NCBI GenBank assembly: GCA_951406725.2
Contig: OX597814.1
Coordinates: forward strand, 23,870,001-23,934,000
Direction: 5' to 3'
Source: Octopus vulgaris
Lineage: Eukaryota
Length of the DNA stretch: 64,000 nt
Below are positions 1 to 13,256 of the stretch, piece after piece. Every line of letters begins with the position of its first letter. Within the stretch, counting starts at the first letter, position 1. Position numbers and translations under genes: made by a program. The notes beneath the pieces were generated by a model that ran no database searches, had not been told where the DNA came from, and saw only the letters and a program-made list of their open reading frames with translations.

Positions 1-3000
1 AAACTAGAGATAAGCACCAAGTTCTTGGATTCTAGTAATTCAATAAAAATTACCATTTTTTCTGAGTAGAATGTATTATAAATTCGTTAAACACATTATT
101 CTATTGCAAACGGGAAGTTTTCATCACTCTAGAATTCTTCAATACCAAACAAAACTTCTTTCTATATCTATTAAATGACTAAAGGTCTCATGCTTGAGCC
201 AATTTTCTGAAATATGGGCAATTATTGAGCGTTGAATTTTTCCATTTATCAAATTTTCATTTGTTTAATTTTTTCATCACGTAATTTCCTCTTTGGCTAT
301 ATCAGCACTGAAGCTTCTGACTGTTAATATAGCTAGTAGTCTGGAATAAAGCATCTCTAATAATAGCCTCTTGTAATAGCTCAAATTAAAAAGTATCAAC
401 ATACATTTGGAAATAAATGAAAAGATTCCAATAATCACAAAATTGAAACAATACATGGTGCAATTTATTGTTTATATATATTTTATTGATTTAATCAGCT
501 ACTTTTTTATTATTATATTGGTTACATAGTTTAGTGTTAGAAAAATTCATTGTAGAAACTAGACAGCTATTTTAAGTTATACAGTTGACTAGAATAAATT
601 TTTCCAAAATATATTTATGTTATTTCATAAATCAGTTAAATGAAATACATGAAGATATATTTGAATCATTTCCTTGAAAATTTAATATAATTCATGTCAG
701 GAAAGAGAAATATTTTATTAACCATAATGGGAAAGAAAAATAATGTTATTATGTTTAAAAATAAATGAATTAGTGAATTTAGTTTTTTAAAATTTACAAA
801 AACATCTTTCTTTATGTCATTTTAAATTTTCCTGTTAACACTACAGTGTTTTGAAGACATTGTAACACACTGGAACTTTTCCTGATTTTTAAGATATTAA
901 GTTGTTGAAAGAAGGGCAGAAATGACTAAATGACAGACATCCATAAAAGCAAAATCTTATTCAAGTGCAAGTCATTAGGCATTGTAACTTAGTCTATCTG
1001 TATAGCAAAAACTGTAAACTTTGCCTACCAATTTCATCTTTAGGATTCAAAGCCACGAAGGTAAGGGCAATCAGTACATTGATTCTAACTAGGGACAGGA
1101 GAGTCAGACATGCTAACATGATCATAAAGTGTAGCAGAATGTGGAAGCCCTAGGAATCTGCGAAGGAAGCGAAAACACACTGGAAGCACTATGAGGTTGT
1201 TGGAGCAATCTGTCAAGAACAGCTAGAGCTTAGCAACTACAACTCTAAGAGGCAAAAAAATACCTATTCCAGAAGCATAGTGCCATGTAAAGGCAGTAAG
1301 GCTGTCCCACTCAGGTAAAGCATACAGATAAAGGGGTAAAATGCTTGGGACCTTGAGATACTTGATGGGGATACAGAACGGTTTTGGATATTGAAATGGA
1401 TTCAAAAGAAGAGCTTGAAAAGCCTGTGGGTAATTTCTGCAGTTTTCGTATCAGGCAAAGCATCGGATCTTTGCTGCAATTCTTATTTTATTGCTCCTTA
1501 ATATTCATGAAATTATCTTTTGTATAATTTACTTCTAAAACATTTTAAGGTTTGTTATAATAGCAGAATCTTTAAATTCTAAACCTATAACACAAATCTA
1601 AATTCATGGTAAGATAAGTCAGCTGCTTGGCTTTAATTTTGCTTTGGAATTGTTTTACTTTAAATTGTAATTGCCTGAAGAAAAAGATAATATCAAAACT
1701 TTTTGCACCATTTCCTTTTTTAAAACTTCTAATTTTCAAAAACAATTATTTAATGTAATATCAACTTTTTGTTTCTTATCTAGAATTGATGAATCTTTTT
1801 GATAATGTGTCACCATAGGAAATAAAAAGATGTCTGCAAATTTTTAGAAAATTTTAGTAGAATTATAGTAATGATTTTATCAAAGCATTACTCTTTCTAA
1901 CTCCAACCACATGGAAATAGTTTAAAAGGAAAGTGAAAACTTAAAGAAAGTTAAAAATCTTTAGAATGGAGTATTTATAAATTGAAATGTGATAAAATTT
2001 ACAGTAGTGTTCCTACAATTCAAACGTTTGTGGTAGTAGTTTCCTCAATGATTGAAAAACACTTCCTCCTTTAGACAGAAACCCAGTTTACTACTGGCAG
2101 ATGGATTGGCCAATGAAATATAAGTGATTTTAGTAGTGTCGTTTATGACACAAACTGTCGTCCATTTTGCTAGTAGTCTAGTGTCTCATTAGCTAAATGA
2201 TTCTCTATTTATTTCATTATGTTAAAAAACAAAACTGACAAAAACCAAAAAGTAATAATGTTTATCATTAAGCACAGATAGTGAGTATACACTAAAAATT
2301 GGATAGTCGAATAAGATAATAAAAATTAGTAACCCATTTATAGATGTCTAGAATAGTTAAAGTCATATAAAAATGTTCTAGCTTATATACAACTAAAAAG
2401 ACTATGATTTATTTCTTTTGTATTTAATCAATTATTTATAAAGTAGCCCATTTTTGTTTATCTAAATATTCAACATAAAAAATAAAGAATTATCTATAGA
2501 ATTTCTATTTTGTAATATCAATTCTCAAATCAAGAGTAGTTGAATTGGTGCAGTACTGAAATTAATACTTGTGATGCACAACATCAGACCCTACTGTTCA
2601 GTAGCCTACCTAATTTAACCTTTAATTTAAGATCAATACATCAGACATAAATAATAGATTTTTCCACAAAAGAAAGGTATGACTAGAGAGAGTAATACTA
2701 AACTGATTTTTGTATGAGTGGATAAAACTTTTTTTTTAGGATTAATGATATATCAGGAGTTAAATGTGATTTGAAGTAAAGTTTATGGTTGAATTTACCG
2801 AAGATAAAGATTCAATACTGCATATTCATGCAACCCATGCTAAAATACAGCCGGACATAAAACCGTTAATGATGATGAATGATGAAAATATTTGGGTTTA
2901 TTTTATTATCAATAAATCAATATTACTTTATAGCTGCAAAGCATGTTTATTGGCAGAATGCTGCTGTACCAAGCTAGGGCTATAAATACACTTTTTACCT

Positions 3001-4619
3001 AAAACACACAGTGAATGGTACATGTTAACCATTTCATTTATCTATTTTGGAAAAGCTGGAGAAGTTAACAGCAAACTTGTATAAATGTTTAGTTTTATCT
3101 GCTGATATCTATCACCATTGCTTTGAGTTCATATCCCAACTTCCTGTGATTATAATGCAGTCAATAGAATAAGTAGAAGTAATGCACTGGAATTGATTAA
3201 ATTGAAATGAGAGTTAATGTCTATATATTAGGCAATGTACACAAAAGGAGACTGTTTGGAAGGGACAAGTTTTAACAAATGTATTAGTTAAATGTTTAAG
3301 AGGAAGGGAAAGACTTTTAACGTTTCAGACACAAGGCTATCATCAGAAAAACGGAGAATGAGAAAAGTTGATGGGAAAGTAAAAAATGAATGAGAAAAAA
3401 GTAGTTGGAAGAAAAACGTAAGGGATCAAGTAGGAATGTGATTGTAGGGGGTAGCGAAAGAGGAGGTATGGAGTGTGAAAGTGTAGAGGGGTATCTGTGT
3501 ATAGAAATTGATTTGGGAAGGTGTGTGTGTATGTGTGGTAGTATAAGGTACATGAGGTGTTTTGGGAGGAGTGTATGTGGAGTCATGCAAGTATGGGAGA
3601 TTAGTGGTATGGAGTAGTGTAGGAGAATGGTGTGTAGGTGTAATCATATTGGAGGTGAGAAATATCCATACATGCTCAATCTCCATTCAACGTCTAACTA
3701 TAATGAATTCCAGTTTTATCTAACGTGTCATTTTCCCACTTCTCTGGAAAATGATCTGCTTTCTCTACTGTTCCAAAGATTTGCTCAACCACATCCACTT
3801 CCTACATCAAGAAAATAAAATCTCTCAACAGTTGCTCATTCTTTTTACACTCTAATCCATCAGATCTAACTGACTTCAGCAAATCCCAAATAACTTTTGC
3901 ATTTTTTATGCAGGTATCACCACCTGTTTTGTCAATGATTTGCACTAATCTTTTCTATAGATATACCTGATCAGTTCCTTGATACTTTGAAGCACTCAGC
4001 ATCAAACCATCTAAACCATAATTTATTTGCCTTTGCTTTCCAACTTCTCCTAACACTATTGATGTTGTTCAAAACCTAAATAATATAATCCCTTTTGATC
4101 TGCCATTAATCTGTCTATCTTCCAAAAGTTCAAGAGCTGGACACCCTCAATGGTTATTGCTATACAAGCAAAAGTCAGGTCCTTCAATGTTTGAAATCAT
4201 TGCCTTAAAGTAGTAACCAGCAGGCAAAAGCATCAAAAGAAATATTTTTCCAATACCAAAGAGTTGATCACTTGTTTTGCTCTTTCAATACCAACAAATA
4301 AACCCAATCCAGACATGTTCTGACCCCTTATATTATATCTTCCTCAAGAACCACAATTACTTATTTCTCTGTTTATTACCATATTCTCTATTGACATTTA
4401 CTGAAAATTTTGGAGCTTTGACATTTCATGTTCAATATCCAAGCTCCATTGTTAATTATTTACCATGTATTAAAATACTTCTTGTCTGTCTTATTTCTTA
4501 GGAAGTAACAATGTGTGTCATTAAACTTAGATTATTAATGATCTTTTACCTTTATTGACACATCAGTGGTCTTGATTTGATACACAAAGAATATTGAACT
4601 TAATTCTTTTCTATTATTC

Positions 4620-5016
4620 TTTTACTTGTTTTCTATTATTCGTTTACTTGTTTCAGTCATTTGACTATGGCCATGCTGGATCACTACCTTTAGTTGAACA
4701 AATTGACCCCAGAAGTTATTTTTGTAAGCCTAGCACTTATTCTATTGATCTCTTTTGCTGAACTGCTAAGTTATGGGGATGTAAACACACCAACATCAGT
4801 TGTCAAGCGATGGTGGCAGAACAAACTCAGTCACAGAAACATACGCACACACACACACACACACACACATATATTCGATGGGCGTCTTTCAGTTTCAGTC
4901 TACCAAATCTACTCACAAGACTTTGGTCAGCCTGAGGCTATAGTAGAAGACACTTGCCCAAAGAGTAACACTGTGGGACTGAACCCAGAACCATGTGGTT
5001 GGGAAACAAGCTTCTT
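4620..5016 (-). mobile_element. tRNA-derived SINE, family A (internal CA/TA microsatellite); body and tail, interrupted by an insertion
   Basis: Aligns by eye to copies at 7085-7545, 19789-20262 and 50652-51100. Stops at caagcttctt (5007-5016) and resumes at 6461. Confidence 0.9.
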
Positions 5017-6460
5017 TACTTTAATATTTTGCCATAAAGACATAACATAGAGGGGACACTACAAAACATGTGGGGACATATAACAATTAAAAATATGTAA
5101 AAATAAAATATGATACTATGAGTGACGTGAAAATGAACATGAGAAAATAAATTAAGGTTATGATAACGTGCATGATATCTGAAAATGAAAATATGAAGAG
5201 TTTGCTACTCATCCCACACTGAGTAACACCACTCACTGCCTCTGAGTCCTAATTCCTTTTTAGTCTCTGGTTTGATCTTCCTATTTCCGCTCTCGCTTTC
5301 GCTCAATGACAACACTCTTTCATAACCTTTTTCACTGGCGGAGGGCTTGTCTAAATTCTGTGCTGTCTGCTCATTTTTCATTTTTTTTCCTGTGGGGAAG
5401 GGGGTGGGTGGGTCTGGTGTCTGTATAGGGTGGGTGGGTCTGAGTGGTCTTGGGTGGGATGGAGTTGGACTGGGGTAACTCATCAAACTCAGTGTTCTTT
5501 ATTTTCTTCTTCTTCCTTCTACTCTCTGTTACTATCCATTCTTCCTCCTTTCCTCCATCTTTCTTGTCTTCCTCTCTTTTCTCCTCTGTCTCCACAACTG
5601 GTTCGTCTATTGTTTCATTATTTTCTTCTGTAGAGAGCAGTGTACTCTAATGCAGCCCTTTAGAGACTCTGCCCTCCACCCACACTTTTAACACAATTTC
5701 TCCCAACGTCACCATCTCTGTCACACTTTCTAACTGCTTCAGCTCCTCCTGCAGGATGAGATCCAGTGATTTCCTTCTCCATCCTTCTTCTTCTGTTTCT
5801 GTGGCTTGGAGGACAGTCACCTCCTCCTCACTTCCAACGAGGACGGCTGCAGCGACCCAAGCCATTTCTATATCAGGTGGGATTGCTTCCACCATTACCT
5901 TGGAAGTCTTTCTTCCAAGATATGTGGGCAGCAGCATCACCTCTTCTGTCCTCACTGCCACACTCACCAGCCTCCTCCAATGATCTAAACTGGATGACCA
6001 CTGTCCTGTATTTACATCCTTTGGCTATATACATTATTTGGTTCAACTGTTTACTTAGTGCTTTTCCTATTATTTCCGCTTCCACCTGTTCAGCTTTTTT
6101 GTTCTTCAGCGAGTGCACCTTATAGGTGATAGTTTTCGTCTCCATTTGCTCCATGATTCTTTTAGGCAGTGACAACTTCACATCGCCACCCACCTTCTGT
6201 GTCATTTTTCCATATTCCTTTAGTTCGGCCAGGTCTACATCCTTTTTCTTCACCTCTGCTGCCTCAGAAAAACTTCTTTTTCTCTCTGATATTCCATCCG
6301 TTCTTCTCACTGCCTTCACCAGCACCTCCTCTGCTGAAGACAATTCATACCCACTAATGTCTGAATACATTTTCTCTAACCTGCTTCCAAGCAGCACAAA
6401 AATTCTGTGTGACTCTCAAGAAAAACAAACCAGCAACTGAATCAATGCATGCCCAGTAAC
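5017..6460 (-). mobile_element. Non-autonomous ORF1-only retroposon (half-LINE-like) with 10-bp TSD
   Basis: Flanked by an exact direct repeat caagcttctt (5007-5016, 6461-6470) that splits a SINE. The minus strand has a short leader, one disrupted ORF, a 3' UTR and ATTAAA just before the end. Confidence 0.75.
5371..6370 (-). pseudogene. Disrupted gag/ORF1-like protein (L1/Tx1-type ORF1, degenerate CCHC zinc knuckle)
   Basis: Three consecutive ORF pieces: MYSDISGY...VIQFRSLEEA / VAVRTEEVMLLPTYLGRKTSKV...KVWVEGR / acidic-basic tail EEEWIVTESRRKKKK. After VWVEGR, a 2-nt indel restores H-I-R-V-H-C (H-x4-C). Confidence 0.6.
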
Positions 6461-6494
6461 CAAGCTTCTTACCACACATCCACTCCTGTGTCTA
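6461..6494 (-). mobile_element. 5' tRNA-like head of the interrupted family A SINE
   Basis: caagcttcttaccacacatccactcctgtgtcta matches the head of intact copies (e.g. 51068-51100). Confidence 0.85.
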
Positions 6495-7084
6495 ATGTGA
6501 ATGTATCAAATACAACAATTTTGTAGTTAACGAATGTCACAACATCAGACAACCAAGCATTTCAAAATCAACAGCACTTGCATTCTGCAGGGTTATCTTT
6601 TTCTATGATTCTGAAATCTGGACTATGAAGGAGTTTTAAGATTTCTTTCATGATACATACAATGGGCTTCTCATGAAGGCTCAAAATATCTTCATAGCAT
6701 GAACATGTGACCCAAGAAATTTGTGTTCATATTCCATTCATTTCTACTATTGTTGCTTAAGGGAGAGCAAGCTTTGATAGCCACTACTACTGTGTTGAAA
6801 AAGTGGCCACATCAGGTGTTATATTTTTGAGACTTCTGCATCCTAATGGAGGATGAAGACCACTCAACATAAAATTGAGGACCTTCTAAAGCCAATGATA
6901 GGGCAGAGATTCTTGATGCAGTGTTGTGGAATACATTTCAGTTGTGACTGCTTGATTAAGCTGTAATTAATATTTACAATTTTTTTATTATGTAGCATGA
7001 AACAATTTGCCAAATGACTTTCGCCTATAACATTCTGCAACTAATCACCTGGTATGTAACTTACTAGCTACATACCAGGCGATT

Positions 7085-7226
7085 TGTTAGCTTGCTTCCA
7101 CACTCCCATGGTTCCGGGTTCATTCCCACTGCATGGCACCTGGGGCAATTGTCTTCTACTATAGCCTCAGGCTGACCAAAGCCTTGTGAATGGATTTGGT
7201 AGACAGAAACTGAAGGAAGCCCGTCG

Positions 7227-7293
<67 letters not shown>

Positions 7294-7545
7294 GTATAGG
7301 TATATATATGTATATATGTATGTGTGTGTATATGTTTGTGTGTCTGTGTTTGTTCCCCCAACATCGCTTGACAATTGATGGTAGTGTGTTTATGTCCCTG
7401 TAACTTAGCAGTTCGGCAAAAAGAGACCGATAGAATAAGTACTAGGCTTCCAAAGAATAAGTCCTGGGGTTGATTTGCTTGACTAAAGGTGGTGCTCCAG
7501 CATGGCCACAGTCAAATGACTGAAACAAGTAAAAGAGTAAAAGAG
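7085..7545 (+). mobile_element. SINE family A
   Basis: B-box-like gggttcattccc, internal (TA)n/(TG)n tract, tail ...gactgaaacaagtaaaagagtaaaagag. Confidence 0.9.
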
Positions 7546-8057
7546 TTTTTTTTTTTAAATTTAATCTTACGTCTAGCTGCTTCTATCAGTGATATAATTT
7601 TTTCCATTAAAAGCGATATTTACTGAATCTTTCAAATGGCAAGTTGCATTCGACTGAAAGCTCGAAATACAAATGCATTGATGCTAAATTAAGAAATAGA
7701 ATTACCACAATATATAGCTGGTAAGTATAAGTAAATAAGTGACAGGGAAGCATAGAAACACTCTGTGTATCTTTTGGTAAAAGATTGCCAAATACACATT
7801 AGTTATATAAGAATTTTATCAGTGTGAAGTTTCTAATTTATATTTTTGATAATTTGTACTTGAGATTCTGTATTCTAGTTTTATCTTATCTTGTGTTTTG
7901 GTAGTATCCCATTATCTATTCTGGCTACATCCCAGCATATGGCTTCAGTAGGAGAAAAACTGCATTTTCTAAGTGTTGTTGAATCTGTGAATCTCTTCTC
8001 ATCAACTCTTCATACTTCATTCATCTTTCTCTGATATGTGGGTATTCTTGGTAGTGA

Positions 8058-8154
8058 ACATACATACATACATGCATGCATGTATGTATGTATGTACGCA
8101 TGCATGCATGTATGTATGTATGTATGTATGTATGTATGTATGTATGTATGTATG
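8058..8154. repeat. (CATA)/(TATG)n microsatellite
   Basis: Direct inspection. Confidence 0.95.
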
Positions 8155-8159
8155 TTTTA

Positions 8160-8726
8160 TATGTCAGATCACTTTCGAGTGCTACTGGTAACATGTAACC
8201 CAGTACAACTTGTTGCATGGTCGGGTCGTCGGTGACTAAACTGGCAACCCCACCAAGCTTGCTTGGTGAGGAGGGTGTTTATTGGACACCCTGTGGGATG
8301 AAAAACCAAAACCTGTCAAAGGGTGGAGGAACTCTTGAGAGTCAACGGCCATCCAGTAAATGTCTTAAGGCTGTATCATGTGCAGGGACATAGAAATAAT
8401 CGGACTGAATACCCGATCGCACGGTTAAACCATTGGAAGTGAAGGACTCCTAGCCTTTGTTAGGGTATCCTTCTAGGAGAATGTAGCTCAGGTAATTGGG
8501 ATAACTCTGACATAAAACCTGTGGCTCAGTGGTTACTGATGATGTTGACTCGTTCTTTTCGGATTATGGCTGCTGCTGCTTAGTGAGTGGGATTGACTCA
8601 GTGCACAGCTTTCCCCACTTAAAAAAAATCTTCTTGCACAGGCATTGCACGATAACAACATTGATTAAGCTTCGTGCAATGGCCATACTCGATAACGAGG
8701 GGGCAGCCACCATGTATGTATGTATG
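8160..8726 (+). mobile_element. GC-richer non-coding interspersed element ending in (ATGT)n; probable non-autonomous retroposon, RTE-UTR-like
   Basis: Sharp compositional change, several perfect hairpins, a short tandem-repeat tail and a position directly after a (TATG)n tract. The family assignment is inference. Confidence 0.5.
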
Positions 8727-8750
8727 GTTCAGAAGCTTGCTTCCAAACCA

Positions 8751-9095
8751 TATGAGGTTCGATCAAAAATGTATTGAAATTGTTGCTATTAGAACAGAGC
8801 TAAAGTACATAGAGTGAAGTTGTTTGTTTACAGCAGTGCTTAGAAGTAAAGTGTGTTGAGTGTTATCATCTCAAAAAGGTCAGGTTTCTGCTGCACAAGA
8901 TTTCCATTGCGATGACTAAGGCAAAAGCATTTTGAAAACAGTCATAACAGGTGACGAATTGTGGGTCTGTGGCTATGACCAAGACATAAACCAAATCACA
9001 CTTGAGAGGAACAACATTTCTAGACATCAAGGATATCCAAGAGAATGTGATGAGGCAGCTGCTTGTTATCCTCAAAAATGGAGTTCTAGGAATGC
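8751..9095 (+). mobile_element. Mariner (Tc1/mariner) relic
   Basis: KTVITGDELWVCGYDQD matches the mariner ITGDETWVYGYDPE motif (first catalytic Asp). TA-gagg...tcaaaaa TIR-like start near 8751. Confidence 0.8.
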
Positions 9096-9096
9096 T

Positions 9097-9514
9097 TCTT
9101 ATTTCTTTATTGCCCACAAAGGCTAAACATAGAGGGAACAAACAAGGACAGACAAAGGGATTAAGTTGATTAGATCGACCCCAGTGCGTAACTGGTACTT
9201 CATTTATCGACCCCGAAAGGATGAAAGGCAAAGTTGGCTTAGGCGGAATTTGAACTCAGAACGTAACAGCAGATGAAATACCTATTTCTTTACTACCCAC
9301 AAGGAGCTAAACACAGAGGGGACAAACAAGGACAGATGAACGGATTAAGTTGATTAAATCGACCCCAGTGTGTAACTGGTACTTCATTTATCGACCCCAA
9401 AAGGATGAAAGGCAAAGTTGACCTTGGCAGAATTTGAACTCAGAATGTGATGGCAGACGAAATACTGTAAGCATTTCGCCTGGTGTGCTAACGTTTCTGC
9501 CAGCTCGCAGCCTT
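9097..9514 (-). mobile_element. SINE family B, head-to-tail dimer
   Basis: Two consecutive units (9097-9282, 9283-9514), each with B box gagttcaaattc and core gactttgcctttcatcctttcggggtcgataaa...agtaccagt on the minus strand. Confidence 0.9.
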
Positions 9515-10326
9515 CCAGGAATGCTTCTATCAATGGAAACCTTAGAAAAAATGTGTGGCTTTAGAAGGGAGCTACTTCAAAAGAGTTTAAATGCTGAATT
9601 GATATGTGTGGCAGCTTTGTTTTTATAACATAAATCCTGATACTTTTTGATCAGCTCTCTTACAGTTCCAGATTCAATCTCACTGTATGGCACCTTAGGT
9701 AAGTTTCTTCTACTGTAGTCACACACTGACAAAAAACTTGTGAGTAAATTTGATTGATGAAAACTGGTCACTGTCATACTGAGGTGTCCTTCATTTCCAG
9801 TGCTCTGTGAAAACAGTCTTGCTATGGGAGAGTATTACTTTATTTAGAAACAGATAATGGTCGGTGACAGGAATGGCTTCCAATCATAGAAAAAATCAAC
9901 CTCAACAATTTCCATATGATGAATAACATGGAAAAGGGATATTAAATGTGTAACAAAAGGGTTAATAGACAAATGGCTCATCACATGGTACCTTTTTGTA
10001 GAAAGATGGGCCAAATTGTTAACAGATTTTTTCAGATTCAAAGCTTAGTTCTAGTTCTAGTAATTAGATACACACTATTGCACCTAGGATCTCTGTAACT
10101 TGTTTCAACAGAACTGTTGTTAATAGTACTGGTTTACTACCTGTAGACAATAGAACTTATATCAAGTTTTGAAATTAAATTTCTTCTAAAAGGCATATGA
10201 ATGTTCTCTGAAAATAAGTAGCTTCCTTGAGTCTCAAGCCATCTATTAATGAAAATGTTAGTTATATAGAAATCTATATCCTAGGATAGGTTGTCAAATA
10301 CATAAACACTAATGCATGCTTTTAGA

Positions 10327-10340
10327 ATCTATCTATCTAC

Positions 10341-10439
<99 letters not shown>

Positions 10440-10490
10440 GCTATCTATCTAGCTATCTATATATCCATCTATCTATCTGTCCATCTATCG
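10327..10490. repeat. (CTAT)n microsatellite
   Basis: Direct inspection. Confidence 0.97.
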
Positions 10491-11022
10491 ATATTTGTGT
10501 GTGTGCGTATTACTATACGAATATACATATATGTTTCCAGGTGAAAGAAAATGTGAGAGCTTAAAAGAAATGTACAGATGTAGGTAAAAGAGTAGAAAGG
10601 GAAAAGCACATAAGAAGATTAATGGAAATGATATATAACCCTCATGGAGTGAGCAAAATAAAAGAAAAAAATTTCAAGAAAACTGTATTTGATAGAACAA
10701 TGATGTAACCACAAATAACATATCTTAGAGGAAGATAAAACACTATGCTGGAGGCAATTTCAAAATGCTTTTAGCTAAGACAAAGGGAGAAAAATAAGTG
10801 TAAAGGAAAAATGTAAGAACTAATAATTGAAAAAAAAAAAGATTGAAGTTGTTCTCTAAAGGTTCTCAGGACAAAGAGATATTATTAAGCAGAAAATATA
10901 GGTCAGGTATTATCAGAAAATGCTAAAATATTAAGTGCAAATTAATTGTTAAATTTCATGCAATGACAACTCTCTCTGTAAAACCCCAGAAAGTAGAACA
11001 GATAAGTAATATATTACCATGT

Positions 11023-11064
<42 letters not shown>

Positions 11065-11118
11065 ACACACATCTATATGTATGTATGTATTATTAAAAAG
11101 CAGCAAAAATATCACAAA

Positions 11119-11160
11119 AACTGTTACTCAGAGTTTCACTTTCCCGTTCGTCAGACAATT
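11119..11160 (-). ncRNA. Minimal type-I hammerhead ribozyme, canonical core
   Basis: Minus strand: aattgt-CTGACGA-ac(gggaaa)gt-GAAA-ctc(t)gag-TA-acagtt, giving stem I, a 2-bp stem II, a quasi-palindromic stem III and a GUA cleavage triplet. Confidence 0.8.
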
Positions 11161-11265
11161 TTGTTTAGAATGGAACAAAAATAAGGTTATTAGCAAACGT
11201 ATACAATTAGTTTAATAGATACACATTTGAAAATGGTTTTGTTTCATTGGTCCTTTCAACTAACA

Positions 11266-11900
11266 ATCTTGTGGTTTAATTCGCATTCAATATGGCTGTA
11301 AAAACTAATATAGGTAGGGAATTCTTAAAATTAGTTTCTAAACATTTTCAATCTAGCCATAAGTTCTATAGAATATTTAATAGAAGAATGCTGAAGGTTA
11401 GCTATTCTTGTTGCAAAAACTTCGTCTGTTTTATTAGCCAGTATAACACAAAAATTATTACAGACAACTACAGTGCCAAATCTAATCTGAGGAACTACAT
11501 CTGAAAAGATGAGATTTACTGTCTGTTGGAAAAGGTATTGTTTATAGAACCAAAGTTCAAGTAGATGGCTCGCAAGAATATAAAACATATACAAGGGTTT
11601 CAGAGAATTCATTCAAGACTCAATTCTATTCCCACCAAAATTCTTCCTATACCCTGAGAACAGGACAGTGACTAGTCTTGCAAAACATGTGTGGGAATTG
11701 AAAGAGAATGACACCTGTCTATTCAATGTAACTTGAAAAATTCTAGTAAAAACATCAGCATACAGACATGGAGCTTATAAAAAAACCTATGAAATGCAAT
11801 CTTTGCCTCTCAGCAAAGTTCTTCATCTTGTTCCAGGATAAAAATGCTTTGAACCAGAGATGCAAGCTCTTAAATTCCTGCAGGCATGCCATAAAATTTA
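11266..11900 (+). pseudogene. Penelope-like RT C-terminus plus GIY-YIG endonuclease, degenerate
   Basis: ILWFN..FNMAVKTNIGREFLKLVSKHF..HKFYRIFNRRMLKVSYSC, then TSLAKHVWELKEN...KILVKTSAY and KCNLCLSAKFFIL. These are motifs typical of PLE ORFs; frameshifts and stops are present. Confidence 0.85.
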
Positions 11901-12316
11901 AAATTTCAACCAACAAAATACTGTCTGGGTAAGCTGTTTTGACATTCGGAATATATTTTTTGACTGTCACATTTGAATTTGACTTTACACAGTATAGTTA
12001 TTTTGCATTGCAATGCTAATGTATATTTCGACTTCATTTTTAAGAAAGCTTTCAACTGTTTTATAAATTTAATTTTAAGCTTAAGCTTCACTGAGATTTA
12101 TTTTTATTTTTATTTTATTTAATTATGTTACATCAAATTAATGTACAATTTCATTATTTTATATTTTAATATTATACACACCAAACAGTTTTTAAAAGTT
12201 GTTTGCATATATACATTATAATGTAGATATGTCTCTATATATTTATGTGTATGCATATATTGTAGGTAAGTATGTGTATGTATATGCATGCATGTGCATG
12301 TATGTATACATATGCA

Positions 12317-12377
<61 letters not shown>

Positions 12378-12820
12378 AAGGATTTAAGGATTTATATATG
12401 TATATATATTTATGCATACATAATATAAGTGTGTATATTTTTATATATGTCAGAATGTATTTGCGTACATAATTTTGTATTTTTGAATATTTGTTTGTGC
12501 ATCCATATGTGTGTATATTTATACTTGTGTAGATATATATGTAATTTTATGTGTGTTTTTTTTTGTGTGTTCGTTGCGCAAACTATATGAAATATCCAAA
12601 AGTTGTTGATTACTTTCGAGTGTCATAATGTAGTACTCTCTGCCCCTATCTATTTCCCCCTTTCTCTTGCTAGTTCCCTGTTTCTCTTACTTTTATTTTC
12701 GTTTTCTTCTTTTCCACTGTTTTCTTTCTCCTCCCCATGCTTAATATCTTCTGATTTTTCCTTCTCTTTTTTTCACCTGTAACAACTAACTTGTATGCCA
12801 GGATATTTTATGTCTGTGCA

Positions 12821-12874
<54 letters not shown>

Positions 12875-13256
12875 TTGCCTATATGCACCTGTATATGTAT
12901 GTAGCTATGTACATGCATCTGTGTGGTTTAGTGTATATACATATATTATAGATGGTTTGGTATGTGCATATACTGCTAAATGTATATGTAATCCGTGTAA
13001 AGTTTTTTAAATGGATATAAATTTTAATGTATTAATTGATTAATATTTTATAAATAATTATTTACCTTGGGTATTTAGACTCTGTACTTCTTTATAAGCT
13101 ATTTTTGATTTAAGGTTTTCTTCGATTTCATAACGAGATGATTTTATACCGAAATTTGTTCATTGCATGCAACTGGTCATTGTAAAGACCGTTAGTTGAA
13201 AGGACCAGGGAAACAAAACCATTTTCAAATGTGTATCCATTAAACTAGTTGTATAT

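Noticed and set aside
1000-1480. Purine-rich, GC-richer patch as a possible exon or LINE relic
   Set aside because: No interpretable motif or clean boundaries.
2740-2776. Candidate small exon after tttttttag
   Set aside because: Weak donor (gtaaag) and no homology.
3680-4300. C/A-rich tract resembling an ancient LINE
   Set aside because: Composition is suggestive but I could not recover diagnostic peptide motifs.
13125-13165. Possible second hammerhead (ataacga...cgaaa) in the PLE
   Set aside because: Core has two mismatches and no convincing stems I or III.
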